NCBI GenBank assembly: GCA_976551045.1
Contig: CDPCPM010000239.1
Coordinates: forward strand, 1,674,001-1,738,000
Direction of reading: 5' to 3'
DNA length: 64,000 bases
Source: Glaucostegus cemiculus
Taxonomy: Eukaryota
Shown: positions 1-13,000 of the stretch, in pieces
How the letters are laid out: each line of letters starts with the position of its first letter
Position numbering within the stretch: the first letter of the stretch is position 1
Program-made: the position numbers and the translations under genes
The notes under the pieces: model-generated
What the model saw: the letters and a program-made list of their open reading frames with translations, nothing else
Databases searched by the model: none
What the model was told of the DNA's origin: nothing

Positions 1-874
1 AGGATGTCATAATGGAGCCTTGAGCCTACAGGTAGTCCTCGGCTGACTGAACAGTTTCTGTTTACTTGGAGCATTGTATGTGTTGGAAGTCTCCGAACAC
101 TAAACACATTATGAGGTATATCTTATGAAAATGAGTTTGTGATACAGTAGGTAGTTGTACATTCAACAGGGTTGATCAGAAATTACCCTAAATAGTAAAC
201 ACAGTTACATGGAATGACCTTGAGCACAATAACATGGCTGCATAATGCAGCCAACAAATCTTGCTATATGTTCTGAAAATTTTAAACTACAAAAGCTTCA
301 GGAAAGATTAAATGAGAAATTCTATAAACGTTAAGACTATCTGCTGGTGACTGTAAAGTCGTCTGTTTCTGATCTGGTAATTGTTTACTTTTACTACATC
401 TTCCCCAGCCATTTCACCACAAGCTCCCACTTTTGGACAGTCACTCAAAGCTGGGAAGTCACTGATAACTGGGACTCTTAGAAGTTTGCAGCCCCACCAC
501 CAGGTGGCAGAACTTGCTGTAGAATTCTATATCAACTGAACAAAAAGTGCATGATCAGCCTGGAAGTTCATCAGAGCCTGAGTATCATGTTAATTCATTA
601 TTGCACAACACAGCAATGACCGTTTTGGGCATGGGCCTGCTGTTTTAAAAAAATTATTGACATCAAGGGCAACTCAGCAATTCCTTGACTTGGCAATCAA
701 CCTCCTATTGCCCCATTCTCTGGCCAACTCAGCAATCCAACACCCTCACAACTTTAAATCTAATTTACATTTGATGCAGGCATTTCTGCTGGTCAAATAT
801 AAATCAGAATCCTTTTGGCTGATTGGTTGATCAGTTCAACATCTGCTTGACCTGTTGCTTGATGCAACAGTTAC

Positions 875-1282
875 AAAACAAAAACTGTAAATGCTGGAAA
901 TCTGGGACAAAAGCAGAAAATGCTGGGATAGATCAGCAGGTCAGCTGGAATCTGTGGAAAGAGAAACAGTCAACATTTCAGGGTCTGTAAGTCTTTGTCA
1001 GAACTGGGAAAAAGAGAGAAACGTGTAGGTTTTCAGTAGGAGAAAAGCTGGAGGAGAGATGTGTAGAACAGAGGGAATCCTCATGAAGCCATTTCGACTC
1101 ATCCTATCACAGACATTACCTTTGTTCCACACATCCCTCCCTCACCTTCCCTCCTCCTGAAAACTTATGTGCATCTGTCTCTTTCCCAGTTTTGATGAAG
1201 GGACACAGACCCGAAATGTTGACTGTTTCTCTTTCCACAGATGCTGCCTGTCTTAAGTTTCTTTAGCACTTTATGCTTTTTT
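875..1282. mobile_element. Palindromic (fold-back) non-autonomous element, Penelope-like terminal sequence, with decayed hammerhead-like cores
   Basis: Left arm (about 910-1078) is the reverse complement of the right arm (about 1115-1250): atctgtggaaagagaaacagtcaacatttc vs gaaatgttgactgtttctctttccacagat. The ends resemble the common elasmobranch gatgctggaaatctg...gatgctgcctg repeat (recalled). Confidence 0.75.
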
Positions 1283-1297
1283 ATATACAAGCATATA

Positions 1298-1832
1298 TAT
1301 GAACATATGAATTAGGAGCAAGAGTGGCCGTCTGGCCCAGCTCCACCACTTGGCTGATCTGATTGTAGTCTCAACTGCAGAATCCTGTCCACGCACAGTA
1401 ACCTTCCACTCCCTTGCTTCTCACCAATGTATCTACAACTGCCATTAAAATATTCAGATGCTCTGCTTCCACTGATCCTTGAGGAAGAATTCCAAAGACT
1501 CTCAAATCTCTGAGAGAAAATATTTTGCCACTCTATATTGGGTGACCCTTTGGTTTTCAACAATGACCCCTAATTCTAGATTATTCCATAGGAAGAATCA
1601 TCCTCTCCACATCTACCCTTATCAAGTCACCTTCTATTATTTTAAATTGCAGTGGATACAGAGCTAGCCTGTCCAACCCTTTCTTTTCAGAAAACCTGCC
1701 CATTCCGGGTAGTGAGCATTTGTCTAATGAACCCTCTCTGAACTGCTTCCAGTGCATTAACTTACTTCCTTAATTAAGGAGACCATTAGTGTACACAGCA
1801 CTCCAGATGTGATCTCACTAATGCCCTATATA
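1298..1832 (-). mobile_element. CR1-type LINE 3' fragment (ORF2 C-terminus plus 3' tail)
   Basis: Minus strand near 1780-1830 reads YRALVRSHLECCVH (CR1 YxxLVRPHLEYCVQ motif). FSQRFESLWNS in ORF 1312..1563 matches CR1 FSQRVVNLWNS. Confidence 0.85.
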
Positions 1833-3059
1833 AAGCCCATAGAAAGGCCACTAAATTCAAACCAATGGGAACAAAAAGAGAAATTGTGCAGTCTGAAGCT
1901 CACCAAATCTGTCTGGGCATCTGTCTCTCAGGTCAATTGTCATTAACTTCTGTTCTCAATCTTCTTGCTGGAGATGCGATTGGAATGCTATTATGTGTCT
2001 TACTGTGACTTACAGAATCCCAAGCTGAGCCAATGGTTGGAGAAAGGCAACACTCTCAAAATGGCACCAAACTCTCTGCTTGGCAGCAACACTTGAGTTT
2101 GTCTTTCTAGTTGTCTGAAGAAGGTGAATCCTACTGTTGATTCAGGGAGATCTTTGTGAGACTGGATAATGAGGTTAAGGAGATGTTTTGGTCATTTCAT
2201 GGGATGAGACAACAGCGCCATTTTCTTCCCTCACCCAATGCCCGGTACAGATATTTTTAAGTAATGTGGATACTTGGCACTCATCAGACCAGTCTTAAAA
2301 TCAATGCAATGAATCCATTAGGAACCTAGAAATTCCACCAGGCTTCAATTTTTCTCATACTTATGCAAAAGTTTTCTAAGAAAGATATAATAACAGCTGC
2401 TTTGGATTTAATGCATAGGTGATATTTGTATAAATAAAATTGAAGTCATTGAAAGGCCACAAAGTGTTAATCACGTTCTTCAAGTCTGCAAAATGCTAAG
2501 ACACATGTTCGAGTTAACCTGCTTTCAGCCTGGAGCTTTGTAGGGTGACTGCTCATCCAGGTAATTCCTGACATATGGTGGGAGTTTCTTTTCCACAACT
2601 TCAAACAGTGAGTCACAAAGACCTTGCTACTCCCCAGGTGAAAAAGTGTTTTTACCCCTCTCTAATTACCTCAAATCTAAAGCTCCTAGCAGTTAACCAC
2701 CAAGGGAACTAGGTCCTTCCTTTTCTCCTGGCCTGTAGCCCCATAGTCAATTTGTTCTACAATTTTACACAATAGTACCACATCAGCAGTCTTCCAGTCC
2801 CCCCAACGTGACAATTGTAACAAAGAGAGTTGGAACGGAGTTTGGGATACAGTATATCCTGGCCTGTAGATTTATTGCCAAGAATAGAGAAAGGCAAGAG
2901 GTAGGGGAGTAATAATTGACTTGTAAGTACTAAAGTGGGTTAAGCAGTATGTGTCAGAGGCTCTGCATTTGCAATCAGATTGAGGAGGTATTTAATGGTG
3001 TTGCTACTTTGGCAGGATACATTCAGCAGAAAAGTCTATAACCTTGCTCACTCTTTCAG

Positions 3060-3286
3060 CTTTCCCTATTACCACCCGAGAACCACTGGTGCTGCTTTCT
3101 CCACCAAGGTGCCTAACAGCCAATCGAACACACCAAGGAGTATTGCTGTCTTGGCTTTCACCAGCCAACCATAGCTATCCGATCAGCCATTATATCATGG
3201 AGTTCCGCCTGGGAGAGAGGTGGGAGATTTTAGATGAAGCAATACCAGGGACTGAAACTGAACTGCTGACCAAGGAGTTATCTCTG
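3060..3286 (+). CDS. IGSF9B: IGSF9B exon: second fibronectin type-III domain, N-terminal part (AFPITTREPLVLLSPPRCL...TKELSL)
   Basis: Acceptor ctctttcag| (phase 1) and donor CTG|gtaagg (phase 0). The translation closely matches recalled vertebrate IGSF9B (PPRCLxANRTxQGVLLSWLxPANHSxPIxxYIMEFR). Upstream exons lie outside the window. Confidence 0.95.
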
Positions 3287-4499
3287 GTAAGGCATTACCA
3301 AGCAGCTACTGAAACGGTCTTCAAGGAATTCACAGGGAATGCAAGAACAGACCTAGTATATTGACATAAAGATTAAATGATGACATTCACCATTTTTTAG
3401 TGGGTGTGGGTGGGGTTAAACCTGTCATTTGTTAATACTGGACAAGGATTCTTTAATGTATTCAGCTGAACCAATAATACCACGGAGCAGGTTCACCAAT
3501 GGAGTGGCCATGATGGCCTTTGGTGGTATTTGGTCAGTGTCTTCACAACCGAGATGCGCTGCCTGGTCTCTGGTGAAGAAGAAGATAATTGTTGGATGGG
3601 GAACCTGAATAGCAGTGGGCCAGACATGGTGTCTGTATAGCCAGGAGGAGCTCTCCTGTACTCTGTGGAGTAAACAGAAGCCTACCAGTCAGACCCTTTC
3701 CAGCTGATGTTGGGCCAAGCATGGTCCACCGAGCACTCACTTGACATGGTAAACAGATGCACGTTTTTAAGTGAACCCAGCAAATGACACAGGAAGGCTA
3801 TGGTATGCACTCCAGTGTATCATTCCAGTGTACAGCATATTTTACTCTCATGATAGGGTACATGTTATCACAGGGACTGGTCTTTCAGTCAAACCCATTA
3901 GAGAACTGAACTGCTTTTCATTCCACTAAATTGAATAGAATGAGAGTTAGGCAGGTGAGTGACTTCTTCTTCCCCACTACCAACAAGGCATCAAAGAGGA
4001 ACATTTACCTTGACTCCTACACCTTGGAGGGCCTAATCTTTACAATCTGGACAATGCAATGGGTTAACTATTTGAATGGGATCTAACCCATTGTTTATGA
4101 ATAAGATGAGAGTCTCCTCTTTCTGCTGTGCTGAAAAGCTCTCTGTAAAGGCACAGAGGTCATGGAGTTTGGATCGGGCAGGGGTCATCAACACAGGATT
4201 AACCCCAATTTGGTCGATACAGTCCAATGGGGCACAATCAAGGCAGATGCTGGATACAGAGTGAGCAGATGGCTGCAGGTGGGGCCCACGCTTGACCACA
4301 ACAAGTAACGCAACTCTGAACGTTAAGCGAGATGTCCTTTTATGTTTGCAGTGGTTATTCACATTTTAAGAGGCAAATGGGACTTATCCTTGTAGGAAGT
4401 GATGGTTCTCTTTAAAGAACAATTAAGGGCAAAATGGGTAACAGTCTTCACAGAGATAACAGAATGAAATGCAGATGTTTTATTTCCTTCCCTTGTCAG

Positions 4500-4584
4500 G
4501 ACTCCTGGTATGAATTCCGTGTAATGGCTGTCATGCAGGACCTGATCAGTGAGCCAAGTAACATAGTCGGAGTTTCTAGTTCAG
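4500..4584 (+). CDS. IGSF9B: IGSF9B exon: end of second FN3 domain (DSWYEFRVMAVMQDLISEPSNIVGVSSS)
   Basis: Acceptor ccttgtcag| and donor TCAG|gtaagc. 85 nt, phase 0 to 1, fitting both neighbours. FN3 YEFRVxA motif. Too short to appear in the ORF track. Confidence 0.95.
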
Positions 4585-4635
4585 GTAAGCTGCAGGTATA
4601 TTCTCTATGATGAAACTTCCATTGTGTAAGAATAT

Positions 4636-4935
4636 TACAGCACCCTTCGGCCCATGGTGATGTGCCAAACTAATTAAGTTAATAACACCTAACCCCTTCT
4701 GCTTGCACATGGTCCATATCCCTCCATTCTCTGCACATTCATGTGCCTATCTAACAGCCTCTTAAACACCTCTATTGTATCTGTCTCCACCACCACCCCT
4801 GGCAGTGCATTCCAGGCACCCACCACTCTCTGTGTAAGAAACCTACCCTGCACATCTCCTGTGAACTTCTCCCCTCTCACCTTAAATGCATGCCCTCCAG
4901 TATTAGACACTTCAATCCCGTCTACCCCATCTAAA
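4636..4935 (-). mobile_element. CR1-type LINE 3' end in the short intron before the TM exon
   Basis: ORF 4689..5021(-) contains GHAFKVRGEKFTGDVQGRFLTQRVVGAWNALPGVVVETDTIEVFKRLLDRHM, a typical CR1 ORF2 C-terminus. The tail contains gggccgaaggg. Confidence 0.9.
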
Positions 4936-5006
4936 AAGGATTGAGAGAAGTTGTTCAAATGCATGGGCCATTGTTGTTTCCTTGAACAAGTTCTCTGTGC
5001 TTCTAG

Positions 5007-5168
5007 ACATCTTTTCACCACCTGATGTGCCGGAGGAAGGCCTAGCCCGTCCAGTCGTGGCTGGGATTGTTGCCACCATTTGCTTCCTGGCGGCAGCCAT
5101 TTTGTTCAGCACTCTGGCTGCTTGCTTTGTGAACAGGCAGCGGAAGCGGAAAAATAAGAGAAAGAGGG
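5007..5168 (+). CDS. IGSF9B: IGSF9B exon: transmembrane helix and basic stop-transfer (DIFSPPDVPEEGLARPVVAGIVATICFLAAAILFSTLAACFVNRQRKRKNKRKR)
   Basis: Acceptor ttctag| and donor AGGG|gtaagt. 162 nt, phase 1 to 1. A hydrophobic stretch followed by a K/R cluster, near-identical to the recalled IGSF9B TM. Confidence 0.96.
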
Positions 5169-5813
5169 GTAAGTAGGAGCCAGCCTACCATTTGGTGAGG
5201 GACACATTGCCAGTCAAATGACAAATATCCAGAAACTGGATTGCAACTATTCTCAGTGGAGTGAAGTGTTTGAAGGTTAGCCCTAAAGACAAACAAAAGT
5301 ATTGAAATTAAAACATCCTTCCTTAAAGAAATTTACACACTTATAAATCTCACCTTTGTTTCACAGACCTGTGCTTACCCACAGGAAATGGGTCAGGGCT
5401 GTTAAAGGGATCACACCCTGGGTAATGCCTCCCTCTCCCAAGCTGCCCAGAGCACGGAGTGAGTCAGTCGTACCCTGTGGCCATGGATGGTTTGAAAACC
5501 CTGTGATCAGTGGCAGCCATTGGGTACAGATCAATGAACCTGTGAACTCCAGTTATCAGTTACAGAAGCTTCGATCTGTGCCAAGGGCTGCTTCAGCCTT
5601 GGATGATATTCAGCATCTAAAATGATATCCCGGGTGGCACTTTAAATCATTCAGGCTTCAATACCTTCAGCATGAAGTAGTCCTTGTTGAAATGTATGTT
5701 AATAGCGCAGGTCCCAGGTCATGATCTATTGATCCAACCTCTACTGTTAAGTAACTAAGTAAATAATGTGCATGTTAATGATGTCATCACACATGCAAAG
5801 AGACAGAGTGTCA

Positions 5814-6137
5814 CTGCACATGGTTCAGCTGTCTCACAGCTCCAGCATCACAGGGCCCCTTCTGACCTCTGGTGCTGTCCATTCTGCCTGGGACCTCACG
5901 TGTTTCTCCCCGGGTGCTCCAGTTTCCTTCCACATTCCAAATGTGCTGATTGGTAGGTTAATTGGCCACTGTAAATTACCCCAGCATAGCTAGATGGGGG
6001 GGGGGGGGGGAAATCAGGGAGAGTTAATGGGCATGTGAGAGAGAATAGGTTCAGAGAAGTAAGTGGAAGAATGGGGTTTATGGGGTTGCTCTGAGGGTTA
6101 ACATGGACAATGGGCTGAATGGCCTTTCATGTTGTAA
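5814..6137 (+). mobile_element. HE1/V-SINE-like tRNA-derived SINE
   Basis: V-domain-like core ccgggtgctccagtttccttccacattccaaa, then ggttaattggccactgtaaatt and a CR1-like tail gggctgaatggcct. Similar to the copies at 20540 and 29658. Confidence 0.8.
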
Positions 6138-6367
6138 AGAAGAATGAAAAATGTGAGGAGCAAGTTACATCGGCATTAGGGTGAATCCTGTCAGGAAGTA
6201 CCAGACCCATTTTCCTGACAGATGGGACTTCACCAGGAAATCAGCACAAATATTGCAGAATTGCAGCTTATGCGCTAGTTATGCATAAAAAATGGGTGAA
6301 AATGGATTTTCCTTAATCCACTTTCTAGGTTTATGTCACCCAATACAAACTGAGACTGCAGCTGCTG

Positions 6368-6722
6368 AGTGTGGTAGCATCATGGTTAGGTTATTGGACA
6401 AGTATCCAGAGGGACAGACCGTTGATTTGGAGACATGAGTTTGAATCATAGCATGACAGCATGTGAGATTTAAATTCAGGTAATCAAAGAAATCTGGAAT
6501 GTAAAGTTGGTCTCGATCATGGTATCTGTGGATTATCATACAATCCAACCTGGTTCATCACTGTGCTTAACAGGCAAATCTGTCCTCCTTTCCCAGCCTG
6601 GTCTGACTGTGATTCCAGACCCACCAGTATGGCTGCCTCTTGACTTCCTCCACCCTTCAGGGTTATTTACGGACAGGCAATAAATGTCAGCCTTGCCGGC
6701 TATCTCCATGCATTTTTGTGAA
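6368..6722 (+). mobile_element. Old SINE with a tail shared with a CR1/L2-like LINE (second SINE family)
   Basis: tRNA-like head (tggtagcatcatgg...gagtttgaatc), body tgtgattccagaccc, tail ggcaataaatgtcagccttgcc. Homologous copy at 49003-49372. Confidence 0.7.
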
Positions 6723-7774
6723 TTTCAGTTAACAGAATAAGCAAAGCCAGTCAGCTGATGTTGCATCATTGTGCATTCCCAGAAGAGAAAATCCCATGAG
6801 CTCACTCCCTCATTCTGCTGAGCTTCTATTGTCAGACACGCTGCATAAGGCTCTAAGTTGAAACCTATTGTTAGACCAGAGGGAAAGTCAAGACATCTCC
6901 CCCTGGACCAATCCCCTGCAACTCCTGGATCATGTTGGCCGTGTTCTGGAGATTGTTTCTCAGCCCATCCTTTGGTTCTGGGGGGAAATAAGGGAAAGCT
7001 GGGCGTCTGCACCAATCAAAGGGTAAATGTTTTTACCAAAACAAGTAATTGATTTTCATATTTTATCCTTCTGCTATATTCAAATATTGTTCAATTCACT
7101 GGAAAATGCTGAATGATTCATTGCAATGGTAATATTTAAAATTCATTTATCAAACCTGCTTGGAACGATCTGCATTGCTCTTCCAGTGGAAGGATTTTTC
7201 ACTCAGCATGTGCCACCAGTCTGATTCAAAGCATTCCAAGAACACTCATGGTCACTGCCCAGTTCTGTAGTTCTGGCTTGCCTCCTGCAGTTTACAAGAT
7301 TGCCTTCTTTTCAGGACAGAATTTTACAGTAGATGTAATTAAGCAGTTGAATGTTGATTGTGAATGGTGTATGGCTGAGTGTGTGTCCATGAGAAACTGC
7401 TCTTCCCACCTCATCGATAAAAGATGTTGTTAACTTAAAATAAGCCTGGACTCCATCAATATCTTTGGCAGCACCTCCAAATTGGCTCAAATTTACCCGA
7501 ACTTCATGGCAATGGTCTTTGTTAATTTGCAGCTTCATTTATTTAGCTTCCTAAACAGTTAGGCGCATATTGTGTGTCAACAAATCCCCAATTTACAGTA
7601 TGGCTTGCCTTCTGGTTTAACCGTCCTTTCCTTTTCTGGAACTGGGGAAAACACATGGACAAAATCAGGGAAGAGGATCAAGAGAAGAGGATCAAAAATC
7701 ATAGCTACTGTGACAAGTACTCCCTTGATTATAATTAGCTGCCAGAATTTTGAGGTTGTGAAAGTTTTATTTAA

Positions 7775-8075
7775 ATGCTTTTTACCCGACAACTTGTGAA
7801 AGTGGTCCCTGATAGAAAAAGGTATGTCATATTTATCAGTAAACATCTGAAGAACTTTGAGTCTGTGCATGAGGAATATCATGAAGCGCAGCATATATCA
7901 AATTCAAAATCTCCCATACAAACCACCCACCCCGTAAGGCACTCCTGCCCCAAACATGGAAGAGTCTGCATTTCCCACATTGACCTCATCAGTCACCTCA
8001 GAACCCACAGAAGCAGAGTGGAAGCAATTCATCCTCACACAAGAGGGAAAGAGGAAGAAGAAGTGGAAGAGGACA
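7775..8075 (+). mobile_element. RTE-clade LINE 3' end
   Basis: ORF 7775..8080 ends with SCPKHGRVCISHIDLISHLRTH, a decayed RTE C2H2 finger (CxxCGRxCxSRIGLxSHxRTH), followed by a gaa-rich tail. Confidence 0.75.
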
Positions 8076-8614
8076 GCTAACCTGAGAATTGAAATATATT
8101 AACGCAAACTGCTTTAGACCTTCACTCTGGCAAAGAAGATCCTAAATGAAACAGTTAGGCTGGACAGATGAGATCCTACTTACTTTCAGAGTTTACACAC
8201 CGTCTTCTAGCACTTTATCAAAGATCAGGCCAAACGTAACAAAGTATGATTGGTGACTGAGAGTGTAAACAGAGAATAAATCCTACTCTACATCACAATC
8301 AACACTCATTTATTTAGCAAAGAGTAGAAGGGAAGTTATTTACTTTTCATTAAATTGTTAATGTTGTTAGCTATAAATGATTTCTTGGAGACCAAAAGTC
8401 TCAACAGATGTTGGAAAATGCAAAATAAACTAACTTCTTTAATGAACTATTTTTTAATATTGTGGAGAAGAACTGCTCATATTTTACAAAACTTAGACCA
8501 TTAGACCAAGACCACATTATACATCACATCAGTATTTTGGCACCTCTGTAATTTTTTTCACATTTCCCCTGTGCTTTTTATTTATTCTTCGATATGAGCA
8601 ATTCTGAAAGGGAC

Positions 8615-10070
8615 ACATTCATTCATGTTTGCAGGTTGATCTGAGAAGGTGAACCCATTCCTTGAATCCTTCCAGTTTTGGTGACTTGATAACAATATTA
8701 TTTAAGGAATTCCAGAATTTTGGTCCAGTGATGAAGAAGGAAAAGTAATGCACATCCAGATCCGGTCACCTTCATTGTGAGGAAGATTTGGAAGTCGTAA
8801 TAACAAAAGAACATTGCACAGCACAGGAACAAGCCCTCTGGCCCATCATGTCTGTGCCAACCATGATGCCAATTTAAATTAATCCGATCCATCTGCACAT
8901 GGTTCATATCCCTCCTTTCCCTGCCTGTTCATGTGTCCGTCCAAATGCCATTTAAAGGTTGCTGTCTTATGTGCTTCCACCACTCCCCCTGCCAGCACAC
9001 TCTAGGCACCTATCACTCTCTGTTAAGAAAAACTTGCCTTACACATCTCTATTAAACTTCCCACCTCTCACCTTAAAGCAGTGCCCTCTAGTATTTGACA
9101 TTACAGCATGGAAAAAAGACTCTGACTATATCTACCCTTTCTATGCCTCTCATAATTTTACATACTTCTATCAAGTCACCCCTCAGCCTCCAACGCTCTG
9201 GAGAAAATAATTCAACTTTGCCCAACCTCTCCTTATAGCTAGTATTCTCTAATCCAGGCAATGTCCTTGTTAACCTCTTCTACACCATCTCCAAAACCTC
9301 CATATCCTTCCTGTAATGTGGTGACTAGAACTGGACAAATGAGGCCTGACCAAACTTCTATAGAGCTGCAAATTTGTTTTCTCTTTCTTGTGGTTGAGAA
9401 GCTGAGAAATGACCTCACCAGTATCTGATAAATTGCTACAATGCATCGTGAGGCTAGTATAGATTTTAAATGACAAAAGATGTGGTTGTAGAATACTGTG
9501 GCAAGGATGGTGATCAGACACCTTGCTCTGTCCTGGATGCCGCTGAGTTTCCTGTGTGATGTTGCAGCTAAAGACTTTCAAGTAGTTCCTGAGTTCTCCA
9601 TTCCAAATTTGATGAGCTTTGTAGATGGCCTGGAAGCTTTGAAAATTCAAGAAAAGAACCACTCATCACGGATTTTCTTGCCTTTACTCTGTTTTTGTAG
9701 CAAGAGGGTAGCTCTGGCTGCTTCATTTAACCTTATGGTTCGTGATCACCTTGAGATAGCTGTGTTGAGAGAGTGTGAATCTAGTGTGATGTTGATGTTG
9801 AAGTTGTGGTGCAAATGTGTATTGTCACTTCTCATCCCAAGCCTTCATGTTGTCTAGTCATCAGGCTGGAATGGGATGTTTCTGGCTGCAAGATGAAAAC
9901 TGTTGAATCATCATTAAGCAGGACCACCCTCATGTTATATGGAAGGAAGATCGATGATGATGCCGTTGATGAAGTAACTGCTGCACTGATATCTTGGCTT
10001 GCAACAACTACAAGCATTTTATCTGTGCCAGGTGCAATTTCAGCCTCCACTGAATGACACCCGTAGCTTC
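8615..10070 (-). mobile_element. Old LINE (CR1/L2-like RT 3' part), split by a younger CR1
   Basis: Segments 8615-8797 and 9372-10070 resemble the element at 23428-24835 (e.g. gtcctggatg..gagttt, gaatcatcattaagca). Confidence 0.65.
8800..9370 (-). mobile_element. CR1-type LINE 3' fragment
   Basis: LQLYRSLVRPHL in ORF 9270..9662(-). The 3' portion is highly similar to 4636-4935. Confidence 0.9.
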
Positions 10071-13000
10071 TTATTAACTTCACATTTATGTGTATTATTG
10101 TTAAGCAAAAGTGCATTTCCCCAAAATTGCACTGAATATTTGATGGTTAATGAAATTAATTGGAACGAATTCCATATTCAAATAAGATAGGCTCCTAATC
10201 AACCAGTATAGCTGCAGAGTCTGCAATCTGTTGCTGTTATGATAAATTAAAGGGTAAACTGATGTTTACTTCAGCTGTACCTGAAGTGTTTGGCAGATGG
10301 AATACTGGTCCTTAAATAGCCTTTGGTAGATATGGATTAGCAGGAACTAGAAAGGATTTTCAGATTGCGGTCAAGTGCCACTTACACATGATGCAACAGA
10401 CCAGACACAGGCACCAAGTAATAGCAAAGGAGGATGAGGCTTCACACTGAGACCATGCCCAGAAAGCCATCTGCTCAATAATGATTGCTGCACATCTGGT
10501 GTCTGTGGAAATCAACAGTGATCTTCATTTTTAAAGTGTCTGGTTTCTTCTTGCTTGGTCATAGAGAGATGTCAACAAACAGGTGGAGTAAATCCTCACC
10601 ACCCAGGATTGATAAGAAACATTTTACTTGACAAGTTGCAGCAAAGCAAAAGAGCAACACAGTTCTGCATATCCCCTGTCTCTCCCAGGTTGCAATCATG
10701 TATTACTCAGTAGCTTTCTCCCCTTGCCCTCCCCAGCATTATTTTAGTTTGAACCCTCCTGTGGCAGAGTTATTGCTTTACCACTCCACCAACTGGCCTG
10801 CTGTGTCAGTGGTGTAGTTTTCACTGGCCTAAAGTGCTCATCTGGTCCCAGTGCACGCCAACAGCAGTTGACAGATTAAGCACCATGGAATAATAGCCCT
10901 TGGAATGAGGATGCTGGTGATTGTAAGGATAAAGAGTGGAGATGAATAATATCAAGATGGAAGGATCATAGAACCCAAATATAAGAGGGGAGCATTCTAT
11001 GAACTCCCATCAAAGGCTCAGTGCATAATATTGTAGTGGTACATCAGACTGTCTTCAGCATTGCTTTATTCTGAACTTCAGCCATGATAGTGAATGGTGC
11101 CATGGTTGTTCTGCAGACGTATCAGGTTCAAAATAGAAGCAGGAAAGAATCTGAAGGGTTGCAAGAAGTGGAAGGGTTAACTTTCACTGTGCATTATACC
11201 ATGGAATGACTTCTGCTTTCATTAATGTGACTTTTCAACAATGAATGCATGAAAAATGGTCACCAGTGCACATAGCAGAGAGATATTCTCCATGAACTAT
11301 ATCCCAGCAAAAGTTAGAAGAGCTGAGAGTAAATTTCATTGTGAGCTACATAATTTGCTTTGAGGAGTCAGAGACTGGGGTTGGAGAGTGTGTTAGAGTT
11401 GAGGGTCAAGGGATGGTCCATGGTGGAGTTTACTTGATGGGCCTGAAGAAAATCTTGGCCCACACGCAGTAACAAACAGACACAGGTCCTACGGATGTGG
11501 AATTTTGCACCTTCTTTAGTCTGCCACATTTCCCAAGTCTCAGAAAACCAAGTGTCCATGGATGAAAAATAAGGATCTTGTTAAGAAGATGACACATAGC
11601 CTGCTTACTATCTAGTCCAGAGCCACCCAATTCCAGAGACTGGATTGGATGCACCTGAAATTTGCCTCAGGCCTCCAGTCCTTGTGAATTAATTTCCAGC
11701 CCTCCCCAATTTCTTTCTGGGGGCTATAGGAGAGTGTGAGATACACAGGAGTTTCGTGGAGTGTTATTCTGAATGTGTGGTGAAGCACTTGGTTAACATC
11801 ACACAGGTCAAGTCTACATTCTTTTGAATGGTTCATGTGTTTAACTTGGGAGAACCTGGCAACAGAACAGAAAGCCTGCTCATTGGCAAAGGTTGATGCA
11901 GTAAAATAAAATGAACTGTCCCTCCATTTATTTGAAACCTCGATTCCATGTATACATTTATTTAATATGGATGATGTGTATATTCAATATAAATGAGGCT
12001 GGCTTCATAACTTATGATACTTGAATTAAGTTGTTTATAGTTATTGCATTCAACTCAGTACACTGAAGGATTCTAAGGTGATTAAATATTTTGTAAGTTA
12101 TACTGAAATTAGTGAATCCTGCTTACTTCTTGCTACTGGCAAAACAATGTGTTTGATCCACCATTACAAAATGATATGTATTAGCAGTTATGGGCTGATT
12201 ATTCCACATTTGAACGCCAAAATGAAATTGAGAAGAAGTCAATGTTTAATTCTCTGTTTGCTGATGAATTGTGCTCAGTACAGTGAGGAATGTTTGACCT
12301 GTGGAACTCTCCCACTTCAGGAGCCTAAGTTGCTCTTCCCATCAGTTATTTTGTCTCGAACCCACTTATGTTCAAAGGCATTATGTATTGTAGGAACCTC
12401 TGCCATGCTGTTAAGCATTAATAACTTACAGCAAGTTAGGTGCAAAATCGTGTATAATGTGCTTTACCACCAACCAGAGACCACTTGGGCTGGTGAGATA
12501 TTTTCTTTTTCTGACTCCATGCAGTTTGTCTAAATTAGAATGCCCAGTTGATTTCAAAAAGGGTGCTATTTTGCACTGTGGTTTATTCCCCTGAGTAATG
12601 GGATTGCCCAAACCTATTTCACATAGAAATCCTACTGCCAGCTGACAAATCCCGTCTGAACTGTATTTAACTGCAAAAACGAGGAAGATATAATAAGTGT
12701 GCAGCTCATGATGCAATAAACACTGAGCCCACACATTGAAATTTCCAATGACTGGGGGAATGGACCAGAGAAGTATTGTGCCTAAGATAGCATTGACACA
12801 ACAATCAATGCTAGCATACCTCAACTTGTTCATTTTTGTAAGGACCATTGTATATCATAGAACCCTAAAATCTTATGGCACAGGAGCATTTCATCTCACC
12901 CTTATGGAAATAAAGATCTGCAGAAGTAAACAATGAACTGCCAGCTTGGTTATCGCTCATTTCTACCATAATTCACTCTTGAAATCTACCCCTTTGTGTT

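Noticed and set aside
5367-5421. Possible exon (tcacag|...|gtaatg)
   Set aside because: 55 nt and frame-shifting, with a weak donor and no similarity to IGSF9B.
5996-6010. Poly-G run (similar G or C runs near 25630, 29325, 56835 and 60232)
   Set aside because: Simple homopolymers, several inside repeats, with unreliable length. There is no evidence of function.
12078-12848. 151-aa and 140-aa ORFs
   Set aside because: Intronic, with no recognisable domain or supporting splice structure. Composition is typical of AT-rich noise.
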